Source: Candidatus Daviesbacteria bacterium
Lineage (GTDB): Bacteria > Patescibacteriota > Microgenomatia > Daviesbacterales > UBA10151
Assembly: GCA_016186955.1 (NCBI GenBank)
Contig: JACPKP010000007.1
Span: 1,962-65,961 of the forward strand
DNA: 64,000 nucleotides
Direction of reading: 5' to 3'
Shown here: piece by piece, positions 38,942 through 48,139 of the stretch
Numbering within the stretch: the first letter of the stretch is position 1
Layout: each line of letters begins with the position of its first letter
Made by a program: the position numbers and the translations under genes
Notes under the pieces: model-generated
What the model saw: the letters and a program-made list of their open reading frames with translations, nothing else
Told to the model about the DNA's origin: nothing
Databases searched by the model: none

Positions 38942-39418
38942 ATGGAGTATACAACAATACAAAAAAATATTACTACTTCGCCCAGGAAACTGAGGTTGGT
39001 GGCTGATATGGTGAGAAAAATGAGCCCAGAGCAGGCTGTAGAAATTTTGCAGTTTACCAATAAAGCGGCTGCTCAACCTTTGATCAAAGCCATCAAAACT
39101 GTTTTGGCAAACAGCAAAAAAGCTGATGTGGTTTTTAAAACCATTGAGATCAACGAAGGGCCAAAATTAAAAAGATACAGGGTGGGTACAGCCGGTAGAG
39201 GACGGGGCAGGCCGTACAGGAGAAGATGGAGCCATATAAAAATCGTTTTGATAGACGATTTAAATGTCAAAAGTCAAATGTCAAAAGTCAAAAGTACAGT
39301 TCAAAATGCAAAAGTAGAAGATAAGAAGGCAGCGTTAAAAGAAAAAGGAAGGGAGGGTAAAAAGAGTGTGCGGACTCCCGAAGTAGATCCTTCGACTCGC
39401 TACGCTCGCTCAGGATGA
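38942..39418 (+). CDS. rplV: 50S ribosomal protein L22 with C-terminal extension
   Basis: L22 core; the extension contains GTCAAAA/GTCAAAT 7-mer repeats (39266-39294). Confidence 0.9.
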   Translation: MEYTTIQKNITTSPRKLRLVADMVRKMSPEQAVEILQFTNKAAAQPLIKAIKTVLANSKKADVVFKTIEINEGPKLKRYRVGTAGRGRGRPYRRRWSHIKIVLIDDLNVKSQMSKVKSTVQNAKVEDKKAALKEKGREGKKSVRTPEVDPSTRYARSG

Positions 39419-39451
39419 CAAAGTAAGTTTAAAAATTGTACTTACTTTGTC
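39417..39451. repeat. perfect 12-bp inverted repeat hairpin GACAAAGTAAGT-N11-ACTTACTTTGTC between rplV and rpsC
   Basis: Overlaps the rplV stop; followed by an A-rich tract and then the rpsC ATG. Confidence 0.5.
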
Positions 39452-39462
39452 AAATAAAAACT

Positions 39463-40104
39463 ATGGCGCAAAAGATACATCCGGTTGGTTTTAGGTTGGG
39501 GATCGGTACCACCTGGGAGTCAAGGTGGTTTGCCAACGGCAAAAAATACCAGCAAAACTTACTGGAAGATATAAAAATAAGAAATTTGCTAATCAAAAAA
39601 CTCAGGCCCGCCGGGATTACAAAAATAGAAATAGAACGTTCTATCAATAAAATCAGGATCATTATTTTTGTTACACGCCCTGGTATACTAATTGGCAGGG
39701 GAGGTACAGGTTTAACAGATTTAAAAAAATATTTATTAAATGAGCTGAAAATAAAAGAGGAAAATAATTTAGAAGTTATACCTATGGATATTAAGCAGCC
39801 TGACCTATCAGCTTATTTAGTTGCGCAAAACATTGCAGAGCAATTAGCAAGAAGGATGCCTGCAGCCAGGGTAATGAACCAGGCTATAGACAGGGTGATG
39901 CGCTCAGGTGCAAAAGGGGTGAGGATTGTTTTGTCAGGTAGGATCGGAGGGGCTGAGATTGCCAGACGTGAGTGGAAAGCCTCTGGTTCAATGCCGTTGC
40001 ATACCTTAAGGTCGGATATTGATTTTACAGTTTACCCGGCAATGACCAAGTCTGGTTATGTGGGGGTAAAAGTTTGGATAAACAAGGGGGAAAGTAAAAT
40101 ATAA
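39463..40104 (+). CDS. rpsC: 30S ribosomal protein S3
   Basis: [13 protein letters not shown]...; KH and S3-C domains. Confidence 0.9.
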   Translation: MAQKIHPVGFRLGIGTTWESRWFANGKKYQQNLLEDIKIRNLLIKKLRPAGITKIEIERSINKIRIIIFVTRPGILIGRGGTGLTDLKKYLLNELKIKEENNLEVIPMDIKQPDLSAYLVAQNIAEQLARRMPAARVMNQAIDRVMRSGAKGVRIVLSGRIGGAEIARREWKASGSMPLHTLRSDIDFTVYPAMTKSGYVGVKVWINKGESKI

Positions 40105-40517
40105 TGGCGCTTTTAGTACCAAAAAGAGTTAAATACCGGAAAGCCTTTAGAGGTAAGAGGGGTGGGGTAGCTACCCGCAATAATACCATTGTTTTTGGCA
40201 ACTTTGGATTAAAAAGCGAAGCTGCCGGTTGGGTATCTTCCCGCCAGCTGGAAGCTTCCAGGCGTGCCATGACCCGCTACACACAGCGGGGTGGACGTAT
40301 TTGGATCAGGGTTTTTCCTGATAAGCCGGTTACCAAACACCCGGCAGAATCAAGGATGGGTTCAGGGAAGGGAGATGTTGAGGGGTATGTGGCTGTGATT
40401 AGGCCGGGGACGATTTTATTTGAGATGGGCGCTGTTTCAGAGGAGATTGCGAAAGAAGCCATGAGGCTGGCAGCCCATAAATTACCGTTAAAAACCAGAT
40501 TTATTATAAAGGAATAA
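40104..40517 (+). CDS. rplP: 50S ribosomal protein L16
   Basis: L16 signature [14 protein letters not shown]. Confidence 0.9.
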   Translation: MALLVPKRVKYRKAFRGKRGGVATRNNTIVFGNFGLKSEAAGWVSSRQLEASRRAMTRYTQRGGRIWIRVFPDKPVTKHPAESRMGSGKGDVEGYVAVIRPGTILFEMGAVSEEIAKEAMRLAAHKLPLKTRFIIKE

Positions 40518-40523
40518 TATTTT

Positions 40524-40760
40524 ATGCGTAAAAATGATTTTGTACAGATAAAAGGGTTAGACAAACAGGTTATTTCAGGCAAAGTTAAGGAGCTTAGGCA
40601 GGAGATCTCAGCTTTAATTATGGATAAAAATATGAATAAACTGAAGGATTTAAAAAGTATTTATAAAAAAAGGAAAGATTTAGCCCAACTGTTGACTGTA
40701 CGGCGGCAAAAACAGTTGTTGGAACAATTGGAGTCAACAGTGAAAGGAGCAACAGAATGA
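40524..40760 (+). CDS. rpmC: 50S ribosomal protein L29
   Basis: Position and size between L16 and S17; coiled-coil L29-like. Confidence 0.8.
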   Translation: MRKNDFVQIKGLDKQVISGKVKELRQEISALIMDKNMNKLKDLKSIYKKRKDLAQLLTVRRQKQLLEQLESTVKGATE

Positions 40761-41173
40761 TCGGACGGGTTATATCAACAAAAATGCAAAAAAGCGCTGT
40801 TGTTTTGGTAAACAACAAGAAAAAGCATCCATTGTATAAAAAAACCTTTTTAAGGACCAAAAAATATTTGGTTGATGACCCTATTGGGGTAAAAGACGGA
40901 AATATTGTAGAGATTATCAAAATAAAGCCGGTATCAAGGCATAAACATTGGGGCGTTGTGAAGGTGTTGGGTACAGATATAGTTACTTTAGGGACAGAGG
41001 TTTTGAAGGAAGAGGCAAAAGAGGCGATTGAAGAGGTTCTGCCTGTTGAAAAACAAGGAGAAGCTGCAGCTCAGGAGCCGCTGCCAAAAGAAGAAGTGAA
41101 AAAGAAAGTGGGAAAAACTGAAAAAGTAAAAATTGAAAGACCAAAAAGAAAAAGAAAGGGGGAACTTAGTTAG
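40757..41173 (+). CDS. rpsQ: 30S ribosomal protein S17 with Lys/Glu-rich C-terminal extension
   Basis: S17 core GRVISTKMQKSAVV... Confidence 0.85.
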   Translation: MIGRVISTKMQKSAVVLVNNKKKHPLYKKTFLRTKKYLVDDPIGVKDGNIVEIIKIKPVSRHKHWGVVKVLGTDIVTLGTEVLKEEAKEAIEEVLPVEKQGEAAAQEPLPKEEVKKKVGKTEKVKIERPKRKRKGELS

Positions 41174-41255
41174 TCCGCTTGTCAAAAATGCTGCGCATTT
41201 TTGCAAGCGATCTCAAAAACTATAATTGTTTGTAGTTTAGAGGAAGTTTTTTCCG

Positions 41256-41624
41256 ATGGTACAACACAGAAGTATGTTAAATGTAGCAGATAATTCAGGG
41301 GCCAGAAAGGTTCAGGTTATCCAGCTGCTTGGCGGATCGGGTAAACGGTTCGGCAGGTTGGGTGAGACCTTGGTGGCTGTAGTCAAGGGGGCTTTATCCA
41401 ACAGCCAGGTTAAAAACGGGGAGATTGTCAGGGCTGTCTTGGTTAGGGCCCGTAAAGAGAAACGGCGGGATGACGGTTCTTATGTAAAATTTGATGACAA
41501 TGCGGCAGTTGTAGTCGACAAAGACGGAAATTTGCGGGCAACCAGGATTTTTGGTCCTATTGCCAGAGAGGTGAGGGATGCCGGGCACAATAAAATTGCA
41601 TCACTAGCACAGGAGGTATGGTAA
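41256..41624 (+). CDS. rplN: 50S ribosomal protein L14
   Basis: L14 N-terminus MVQHRSMLNVADNSGARKV. Confidence 0.9.
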   Translation: MVQHRSMLNVADNSGARKVQVIQLLGGSGKRFGRLGETLVAVVKGALSNSQVKNGEIVRAVLVRARKEKRRDDGSYVKFDDNAAVVVDKDGNLRATRIFGPIAREVRDAGHNKIASLAQEVW

Positions 41625-41731
41625 TCGGACTGAAGCGAGAAACAATTACACTAATCCCTAATTGTTTCGAGCAAAGGAGATCGCTTGCCACAATTGTGTA
41701 ATCAATTGTGGACAAGGGAAAGGAAAACAAT
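41621..41731. repeat. intergenic element E copy 1 (GGTAATCGGACTGA...CCACAATTG-N6-CAATTGTGG...GGAAAGGAAAACAAT)
   Basis: Starts in the rplN stop codon and ends at the rplX ATG. Paralogous to 43397-43482. Contains a perfect 9-bp inverted repeat at 41689-41712. Confidence 0.65.
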
Positions 41732-42034
41732 ATGTCTAAAATAAGAAAAGGCGATAAAGTTAAAATTTTGTTGGGAAAAGACAGAGGAAAAACCGGCGCT
41801 ATCGAAAAAGTATTGGTTCAAAAAAGCCGGGTTTTAGTTTCAGGTGTCAATTTAGTAAAAAGGCATGTAAAAAAACAAGGGACTATTGAAGGCGGAATTA
41901 TTGATATCGCCAAGCCAGTCAATATTTCCAACGTTATGTTAATTTGTCCCAGTTGCAACTTGCCAACAAGAGTGGGGTTTAAGATAGGGGCAGAAAAAGC
42001 CAGGATATGTAAAAAATGCAAAAAGGAGATTTGA
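41732..42034 (+). CDS. rplX: 50S ribosomal protein L24 (KOW) with C-terminal 4-Cys zinc-ribbon variant
   Basis: L24 start MSKIRKGDKVKIL; C-terminal CPSC...CKKC. Confidence 0.85.
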   Translation: MSKIRKGDKVKILLGKDRGKTGAIEKVLVQKSRVLVSGVNLVKRHVKKQGTIEGGIIDIAKPVNISNVMLICPSCNLPTRVGFKIGAEKARICKKCKKEI

Positions 42035-42040
42035 TGATTT

Positions 42041-42589
42041 ATGAAGACTTTAAAAGAAAAATATTTGGAGGAGGTGCAACCGAAAATGATGGAAGAGTTC
42101 AGTATTAAAAATGTTTTTGCAGCGCCTAAATTAAAAAAGATAGTTATCAATATGGGTCTGGCTGACGCAAAAGAGGATGCCGGTATTTTAGAAAAATCAG
42201 TGGTTAATGTTGCAGCTATTTCAGGCCAGAAGCCGGTTGTGACAAAGGCTAAAAAATCCATCGCAGCTTTTAAACTTACGAAAGGCGCTTCAATAGGGTT
42301 GATGGTAACTTTAAGGGGTGATAAGATGTATGCTTTTTTCAATAAACTTGTAAATATAGTATTGCCAAAAGTGAGGGATTTTAGGGGAGTTGCACAAACC
42401 GGCTTTGACAGCAAGGGAAATTATAATTTAGGTTTTAAGGAACTACTCATATTCCCTGAAATAAACTATAAAAATGTTGATAAACCAAGGGGGTTGCAGG
42501 TTACTATTAATACAACAGCAGAAAACAGGGAGCAGGGGAAAATGTTGCTAGAGCTGATGGGGATGCCTTTTAAGAAAGGGGACAGATAA
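42041..42589 (+). CDS. rplE: 50S ribosomal protein L5
   Basis: Typical L5. Confidence 0.9.
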   Translation: MKTLKEKYLEEVQPKMMEEFSIKNVFAAPKLKKIVINMGLADAKEDAGILEKSVVNVAAISGQKPVVTKAKKSIAAFKLTKGASIGLMVTLRGDKMYAFFNKLVNIVLPKVRDFRGVAQTGFDSKGNYNLGFKELLIFPEINYKNVDKPRGLQVTINTTAENREQGKMLLELMGMPFKKGDR

Positions 42590-42690
42590 AATTTTCAATT
42601 TAAAATTTACAATTTTCAATCAAATCTTAATTTTAAATTAAAACATTGGAAATTCATTGAAAATTAAAAACTGAAAATTAAAAATTAATT
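42588..42690. repeat. AT-rich intergenic repeat R copy 1 (AAATTTTCAATTTAAAATTTACAATTTTCAAT...AAAATTAAAAATTAATTT-ATG)
   Basis: Paralogs at 42887, 44381 and 49333. Confidence 0.7.
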
Positions 42691-42870
42691 TATGGCTAAG
42701 GTTAGTAATATAGTCAAGAAAAAAGTTAAATATGAAGTCCAAAAAGTGAACCGCTGTTTACGGTGTGGCAGGTCACGTGGTTTTATCAGACGCTTTGGTG
42801 TATGCAGAATTTGTTTTAGGGAACTTGTTTACCGCGGTTATTTACCGGGAGTAAAAAAATCATCATGGTA
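42691..42870 (+). CDS. rpsZ: 30S ribosomal protein S14 type Z (zinc-binding, 59 aa)
   Basis: [59 protein letters not shown] with a CxxC...CxxC motif. Below the 60-aa ORF-track cutoff; called by eye. Confidence 0.8.
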
Positions 42871-42886
42871 ATAGAAAGGAAAAAAG

Positions 42887-43004
42887 AGAAATTTTCAATT
42901 TAAAATTTACAATTTTCAATCAATGATTTAATGTTTAAATTTTGAAAATTAATCAAATGAAAATTCATTAAAAATTGAAAAATAAAAATTAAAAATTAAT
43001 TATT
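42887..43004. repeat. AT-rich intergenic repeat R copy 2
   Basis: Same head (GAAATTTTCAATTTAAAATTTACAATTTTCAATCAATGATTTAAT) and tail (AAAATTAAAAATTAATTATT-ATG) as copy 1. Confidence 0.7.
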
Positions 43005-43400
43005 ATGGATACAGTAGCCGATGCATTAACCAGAATAAAGAATGGATATATGGCCCGTAGGACCGAGGCGGTTTTGACATACTCAAAACTGGTTTTAGCA
43101 GTGCTCAAAGTTTTAGAAAAAGAGGGTTATATTGAAAATTTTAAAGAAAAAAAAGATGAGAAAAATAAAAATATTATTCAGATTTTAGTGGGGTTAAAGT
43201 ATGACGGCAAGAAGCCGGTTTTGACAGATCTTAAAAAGATTTCGAAACCCGGTTTGAGGGTATATAAAAGCAGCAAGAAGTTGCCCAGGGTTTTGAATGG
43301 TTTAGGTGTTGCAATAATTTCAACCCCAAAAGGGGTTATGACAGACAGACAAGCCAGAAAAGTTGGGCTCGGAGGAGAAATATTGGCGTATGTCTGGTAA
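43005..43400 (+). CDS. rpsH: 30S ribosomal protein S8
   Basis: S8 N-terminus DTVADALTRIKNG. Confidence 0.9.
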   Translation: MDTVADALTRIKNGYMARRTEAVLTYSKLVLAVLKVLEKEGYIENFKEKKDEKNKNIIQILVGLKYDGKKPVLTDLKKISKPGLRVYKSSKKLPRVLNGLGVAIISTPKGVMTDRQARKVGLGGEILAYVW

Positions 43401-43482
43401 TCGGACTGAGCGTAGCGAAGGAGATCGCTTGCCACAATTGTGTAACCAATTGTGGACAAGGGTAAAGAAAGGATAAAAATTT
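43397..43482. repeat. intergenic element E copy 2 (with CCACAATTG-N6-CAATTGTGG at 43432-43455)
   Basis: Starts in the rpsH stop codon and ends at the rplF ATG. Confidence 0.65.
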
Positions 43483-44037
43483 ATGTCACGGATAGGGAAT
43501 GTGCCAATTACTATACCTGCAGGTGTTGATGTCCGGATAGATGGGCAAAATATTGCTGTGTCCGGTCCAAAAGGGGAACTTGAGATAGTTGTCCGTCCGG
43601 AACTAAAAATAGAAAAAGGGGATACTAAACTGTTAATCAAAACCATAAAACAGAACCGTATCTCCCGTTCTTTGCATGGTTTGACCCGGTCCCTGTTAAA
43701 TAATATGGTTTTGGGTGTCCATACAGGATGGATTAAAAATTTAGAGATGGTGGGAGTTGGGTACCGGGCTCAGGGAGGGGGAGATACATTAACGCTTAGT
43801 ATAGGATTTTCTCATCCTGTGACAGTCAAAGCGCCTGCAGGGATAACTTTTAGTGTTACGGACAATACCAAAATAACCGTTGCAGGCATTGATAAAAATC
43901 TGGTCGGGCAAACTGCGGCAAATATCAGGGCAGTAAAACCTCCGGAAGTATACAAAGGAAAAGGGATCAGGATGAGCGGTGAATATGTCAGGCGGAAACC
44001 AGGCAAGGCAGGTAAAGCCATAGGAGGAGCAAAATAA
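43483..44037 (+). CDS. rplF: 50S ribosomal protein L6
   Basis: MSRIGNVPITIPAGVDV. Confidence 0.9.
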   Translation: MSRIGNVPITIPAGVDVRIDGQNIAVSGPKGELEIVVRPELKIEKGDTKLLIKTIKQNRISRSLHGLTRSLLNNMVLGVHTGWIKNLEMVGVGYRAQGGGDTLTLSIGFSHPVTVKAPAGITFSVTDNTKITVAGIDKNLVGQTAANIRAVKPPEVYKGKGIRMSGEYVRRKPGKAGKAIGGAK

Positions 44038-44038
44038 T

Positions 44039-44374
44039 ATGTATAAGATCAAGCGGATGCAAAAACATAAAAAGATCAGGAAGGATATATCAGGGACTCA
44101 AGATAGGCCTAGGCTAGCTGTGTTTAAATCCAGCCAGCATATTTATGCCCAGATTATTGATGATACACAAAATAAAACCCTGGTGGATGCGTCAGACCTC
44201 AAGATAAAAAATGGTAAAAAATCAGACAAGGCATCAATGGTCGGTGAAGAATTGGCTAAAAAAGCTGTCAAAAGAAACTTAAAAAAAGTTGTTTTTGACA
44301 GAGGTGGTTTTAGATACCATGGCAGGATAATGGCTTTAGCAGAAGCTGCAAGGAAGGGAGGACTAGAGTTCTGA
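44039..44374 (+). CDS. rplR: 50S ribosomal protein L18
   Basis: L18 core ...RPRLAVFKSSQHIYAQIID. Confidence 0.85.
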   Translation: MYKIKRMQKHKKIRKDISGTQDRPRLAVFKSSQHIYAQIIDDTQNKTLVDASDLKIKNGKKSDKASMVGEELAKKAVKRNLKKVVFDRGGFRYHGRIMALAEAARKGGLEF

Positions 44375-44380
44375 GGAACT

Positions 44381-44507
44381 CAAATTTTCAAGTCACAATT
44401 TACAATTTTCAATAAATGATTTAATTTTAAATTTTAAACATTGAAAATTCATTGTAAATTGAAAACCTGTCTGCCGACAGGCAAGACTAAAAATTAAAAA
44501 TTAATTT
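44381..44507. repeat. AT-rich intergenic repeat R copy 3, carrying embedded GC hairpin CCTGTCTGCCGACAGG (44466-44481)
   Basis: Head CAAATTTTCAAGTCACAATTTACAATTTTCAAT, tail AAAATTAAAAATTAATTT-ATG (rpsE). Confidence 0.7.
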
Positions 44508-45020
44508 ATGGATCCAAGAAATAGGTTTAACAATCAAAGAAGGGGTTATAACAGGCCACCGCAAGAGCCCTCTGAATTTTTTGAAAAAGTAGTCCAGGTC
44601 AATAGGGTATCAAAAAAGACAAAGGGAGGAGATAAACGTTCGTTGTCTGTTTTGGTGGTCGTTGGGGATAAGAAAGGCAGGGTGGGTGTGGGCTTGGGCA
44701 AAGCGGCGGATGTCCAGTCAGCTGTCAGGAAAGCTACAGCCTATGCTAAAAAACATCTTTTCGCAGTCCCTTTAAAAAACAATCGGACAATTCCCCACAG
44801 CATATTTGTAAAACTGGGCGCTGCAAAGGTAATGATGAAGCCTGCATCGGAGGGGATAGGGGTGATTGCAGGGGGGGCAGTCAGGGTTGTGATGGAGGCG
44901 GCAGGCATCAAAGATATAATTTCAAAAGTATTGGGCACCAGTAACCAGGCATCTAATGTCTATGCAAGTTTGGAGGCGTTGAAGCAGCTTAAGCCTTTTG
45001 TAAAGAGGGGGGATAAATGA
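44508..45020 (+). CDS. rpsE: 30S ribosomal protein S5
   Basis: S5 dsRBD and C-domain. Followed directly by rplO with no L30 gene between them. Confidence 0.9.
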   Translation: MDPRNRFNNQRRGYNRPPQEPSEFFEKVVQVNRVSKKTKGGDKRSLSVLVVVGDKKGRVGVGLGKAADVQSAVRKATAYAKKHLFAVPLKNNRTIPHSIFVKLGAAKVMMKPASEGIGVIAGGAVRVVMEAAGIKDIISKVLGTSNQASNVYASLEALKQLKPFVKRGDK

Positions 45021-45472
45021 AATTACATAAATTACCAAAACTGAAAGCCAGGCCTAAAAAACGCCTCGGGAGGGGTTTGGGTTCAGGTAAAGGAAAAACC
45101 GGCGGGAGAGGACAAAAAGGCCAGAAAGCACGCGGAAAGATTCCTGCAGCCAATGTCGGCGGAGGCCTGATTTTATATAAAAAACTGCCCTTCCGGAGGG
45201 GGTTAAGCCGGAAAGGCGGTAACCCGCCCCGTTTGCCAAAACCTATATTAATTAGTCTTTCCAGCTTAAATCAGGTTAAAGCAAAAACACATATTAATAT
45301 AGATACTTTGATTGAAAATGGTTTGATTAAGGCAAAAGATGCTAAAATTAGGGGAGTTAAAATATTAGCCAACGGTAAATTACAGATACCGCTTGTAGTT
45401 GAGCTGCCTGTAAGCAAAAAAGCCAAGGAGTTAATTGAAAAGGCCGGAGGTAATATTGGAATTATAGGTTAA
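45017..45472 (+). CDS. rplO: 50S ribosomal protein L15
   Basis: Gly/Arg-rich L15 N-terminal region. Confidence 0.85.
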   Translation: MKLHKLPKLKARPKKRLGRGLGSGKGKTGGRGQKGQKARGKIPAANVGGGLILYKKLPFRRGLSRKGGNPPRLPKPILISLSSLNQVKAKTHINIDTLIENGLIKAKDAKIRGVKILANGKLQIPLVVELPVSKKAKELIEKAGGNIGIIG

Positions 45473-46765
45473 TTGATGAATAAGATATTTGCCCCTCTGC
45501 TCAATGCATTTAAAATACCGGATCTCAGAAAAAAAATTCTGATCTCTATCCTCATTTTAATAATTTTCAGGATAGCTGCCTATATTCCAGTCAGTGGTGT
45601 GGACCTTGTAGGGCTGCGCGATTTATTTACAAATAATGAATTTTTAGGCCTTTTGGATATTTTCTCAGGAGGGACTCTGGCAAACTTTTCAGTGATTGCC
45701 TTAGGGTTAAACCCGTATATTAATGCGTCGATTATTATCCAGCTTTTAACAATGGTTTTTCCAAAACTTGAAGCAATGAGCAAAGAAGGGGAACAGGGCA
45801 GACAAAAAATAACCCAATACACCCGTTATTTGACAGTGCCTTTAGCAGTCGTCCAGGCGATAGGTATGGTTACCCTTTTGAAAAAACAGGATCTTATAAC
45901 CGTTTCTACACCTGTTGATATCCTGGCGATTATTATCGGGATGACAGCAGGCACCCTGTTTTTAATGTGGTTGGGAGAACTTTTAACTGAATACGGGATA
46001 GGTAACGGCATTTCAGTTTTGATTTTTGCAGGCATTGTGGCGAGAGCGCCTGTGGTGCTTTTCCAAACAGCATCAGTGGTGCAGCAGCAACAGGTCATTA
46101 ACCTGTTAATTTTTGCAGGTGTGGCAATTCTAATTATAGCAGGCGTTGTTTTTGTCAACGAAGGCAGAAGACAGATTCTGGTGCAGTATGCCAGAAGATA
46201 TTCCGGCGCCAGACAGGTTGCAGCATCCCACACATACCTGCCGCTTAGAGTAAACCAGGCAGGAGTTATACCGATCATTTTTGCAGTTTCACTGGTTTTA
46301 ATACCTTCTTTCGGAGGGCAGTTTTTAACGCAACTCCCCCAACCTTTTTTCCAGCAGGTAGGATATTTCTTAAACGCAAATTTTCAACCCAGGTCTTTGG
46401 TTTATAACCTTGTTTACTTTATTCTTGTTATAGGGTTTACTTATTTTTACACGGCGGTAGTTTTTAACCCGACAAAAATTGCAGACGAGATTAAAAAATA
46501 TGGTGGATTTATCCCGGGAATCAGGCCGGGGAGTGCCACAGCCAGTTACTTAAATTATATCTTAGTGAGGATTACTTTGGCTGGCGCTGTATTCTTGGGG
46601 ATGATTGCTATTCTGCCTTCAATGATCTCGCAATTGACTGACATTTCAACGTTGGTGGTTGGAGGCACCTCGCTTTTGATCGTAGTTTCAGTAATATTGG
46701 ATACTGCCAAACAGTTTGAAAGCAAGCTGATTGAACGAAATTATGAAGGGTTTTTGAAAAAGTGA
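45473..46765 (+). CDS. secY: preprotein translocase subunit SecY
   Basis: 10-TM SecY topology with conserved motifs. Confidence 0.95.
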   Translation: MMNKIFAPLLNAFKIPDLRKKILISILILIIFRIAAYIPVSGVDLVGLRDLFTNNEFLGLLDIFSGGTLANFSVIALGLNPYINASIIIQLLTMVFPKLEAMSKEGEQGRQKITQYTRYLTVPLAVVQAIGMVTLLKKQDLITVSTPVDILAIIIGMTAGTLFLMWLGELLTEYGIGNGISVLIFAGIVARAPVVLFQTASVVQQQQVINLLIFAGVAILIIAGVVFVNEGRRQILVQYARRYSGARQVAASHTYLPLRVNQAGVIPIIFAVSLVLIPSFGGQFLTQLPQPFFQQVGYFLNANFQPRSLVYNLVYFILVIGFTYFYTAVVFNPTKIADEIKKYGGFIPGIRPGSATASYLNYILVRITLAGAVFLGMIAILPSMISQLTDISTLVVGGTSLLIVVSVILDTAKQFESKLIERNYEGFLKK

Positions 46766-47313
46766 AAATTTTAATCACCGGTCCGCAGGGTTCTGGTAAA
46801 ACAACCCACGCCAAAATTGTGGCAGAAAAATTTAATTTATGTTTTATCAAAACCGGGGACTTGGTGAGGAATAAAGCTTTAGAAAATAGTGATGAAGGAA
46901 GAAAGTTGAAAGAGGCTTTGGATAAAGGTGAGTTGGCAGATGATAGGATTATTGCAAATTTAGTAGAAAATGCGTTGGTACAACAAAATTGCAAAGATAA
47001 TTTTGTAATGGATGGTTATCCCAGGCGGCTGCCCCAGCTTCAGGTTTTTGACCCTGGTTTTGATAAGGTTTTTTATTTGGACTTATCTGATGAGATGGCA
47101 GTAGAGAGGATGCTGAAAAGAAGCAGGGAGGATGATACTCCTCAATTAATTCAACAAAGGCTAATGTTGTACCATCGGGAAACTGAAAAAGCGCTAAAGT
47201 ACTATCAAACTATGGGAATTTTAATAAAAATTAATGCAGCAAGAAGTATTGGAGAAGTTGCTGGAGATATAGTGGACCATTTAAAAAGACATGGCAATAA
47301 ATACAAGGACTAA
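46762..47313 (+). CDS. adk: adenylate kinase (short form, no zinc lid)
   Basis: [15 protein letters not shown]. Confidence 0.85.
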   Translation: MKILITGPQGSGKTTHAKIVAEKFNLCFIKTGDLVRNKALENSDEGRKLKEALDKGELADDRIIANLVENALVQQNCKDNFVMDGYPRRLPQLQVFDPGFDKVFYLDLSDEMAVERMLKRSREDDTPQLIQQRLMLYHRETEKALKYYQTMGILIKINAARSIGEVAGDIVDHLKRHGNKYKD

Positions 47314-48091
47314 GGGAGAACTGGCGCTAATGAGAAAGAGTGGGGTTATTACTGCCAGGGCGTTGGGAGAAGTCTTGAAGAATGTCCGTGAAGGTATTAG
47401 CCTGATAGAATTGGAAAAAGTTGCGGAAAACCAGGTTGTCAAGTTGGGAGGAGAACCTTCATTTAAAACCGTCCCTGGTTACAGATGGACTTCCTGCTTG
47501 ACTATCAACAATGAGGTTGTACACGGAATCCCAAGGGATATTAAGTTGAAAAATGGTGATATCTTAAGTGTTGATTTAGGCGCAGTTTTTAAAGGCTGGC
47601 ATACGGATGCTGCATGGAGTGTGGTGGTGGGAAGTCAAAAGTCAAAAGCCCGTTTGCCGAACGGGCAGGTCAAAAGTCAAAATGATGAAAAAGAGAAATT
47701 TTTAGCAGTGGGGGAAGAGGCTCTATGGAAGGGGATTGGGCAGGCAGTGGATGGTAATAGAATAGGTGATATCTCCGGGGTTATACAGGAAGTTGTGGAG
47801 AGCGCAGGTTATTCAGTTGTGCGGGCGCTGGTAGGGCATGGGGTGGGCAGGGAGCTGCATGAAGACCCCGAAGTGCCGGGATATGGTAAAAAAAGTACAG
47901 GGCTCAAACTTATTGCAGGCATGACGCTTGCGGTAGAGGTGATTTACACCAGCGGGAAACCTGATGTAGTTTTGGATCCTGATGGTTGGACTATCACTAC
48001 TGCAGATGGAAGCCTGGGTGGACTTTTTGAGATGAGTGTGGTGGTAGGTGTAAAACAAGCTGAAGCGCTGACGGATTGGAGACAAAAGTGA
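47291..48091 (+). CDS. map: methionine aminopeptidase type I with ~25-aa internal insertion
   Basis: Pita-bread fold motifs. The true start may be the internal Met at 47324. The insertion is encoded by the palindromic element (47643-47690). Confidence 0.85.
   Translation: MAINTRTKGELALMRKSGVITARALGEVLKNVREGISLIELEKVAENQVVKLGGEPSFKTVPGYRWTSCLTINNEVVHGIPRDIKLKNGDILSVDLGAVFKGWHTDAAWSVVVGSQKSKARLPNGQVKSQNDEKEKFLAVGEEALWKGIGQAVDGNRIGDISGVIQEVVESAGYSVVRALVGHGVGRELHEDPEVPGYGKKSTGLKLIAGMTLAVEVIYTSGKPDVVLDPDGWTITTADGSLGGLFEMSVVVGVKQAEALTDWRQK
47643..47690. repeat. palindromic element copy in-frame in map (GTCAAAAGTCAAAAG-CCCGTTTGCCGAACGGGCAGG-TCAAAAGTCAAAA)
   Basis: Stem bases differ from the rplD copy in a compensatory manner (GCCCGTT/AACGGGC versus GCCCGTC/GACGGGC). 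Confidence 0.75.
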
Positions 48092-48139
48092 CTATGGGTT
48101 GTTTTTTGAATTTAAAACTGCTACAATTGTAAGGTTAAT

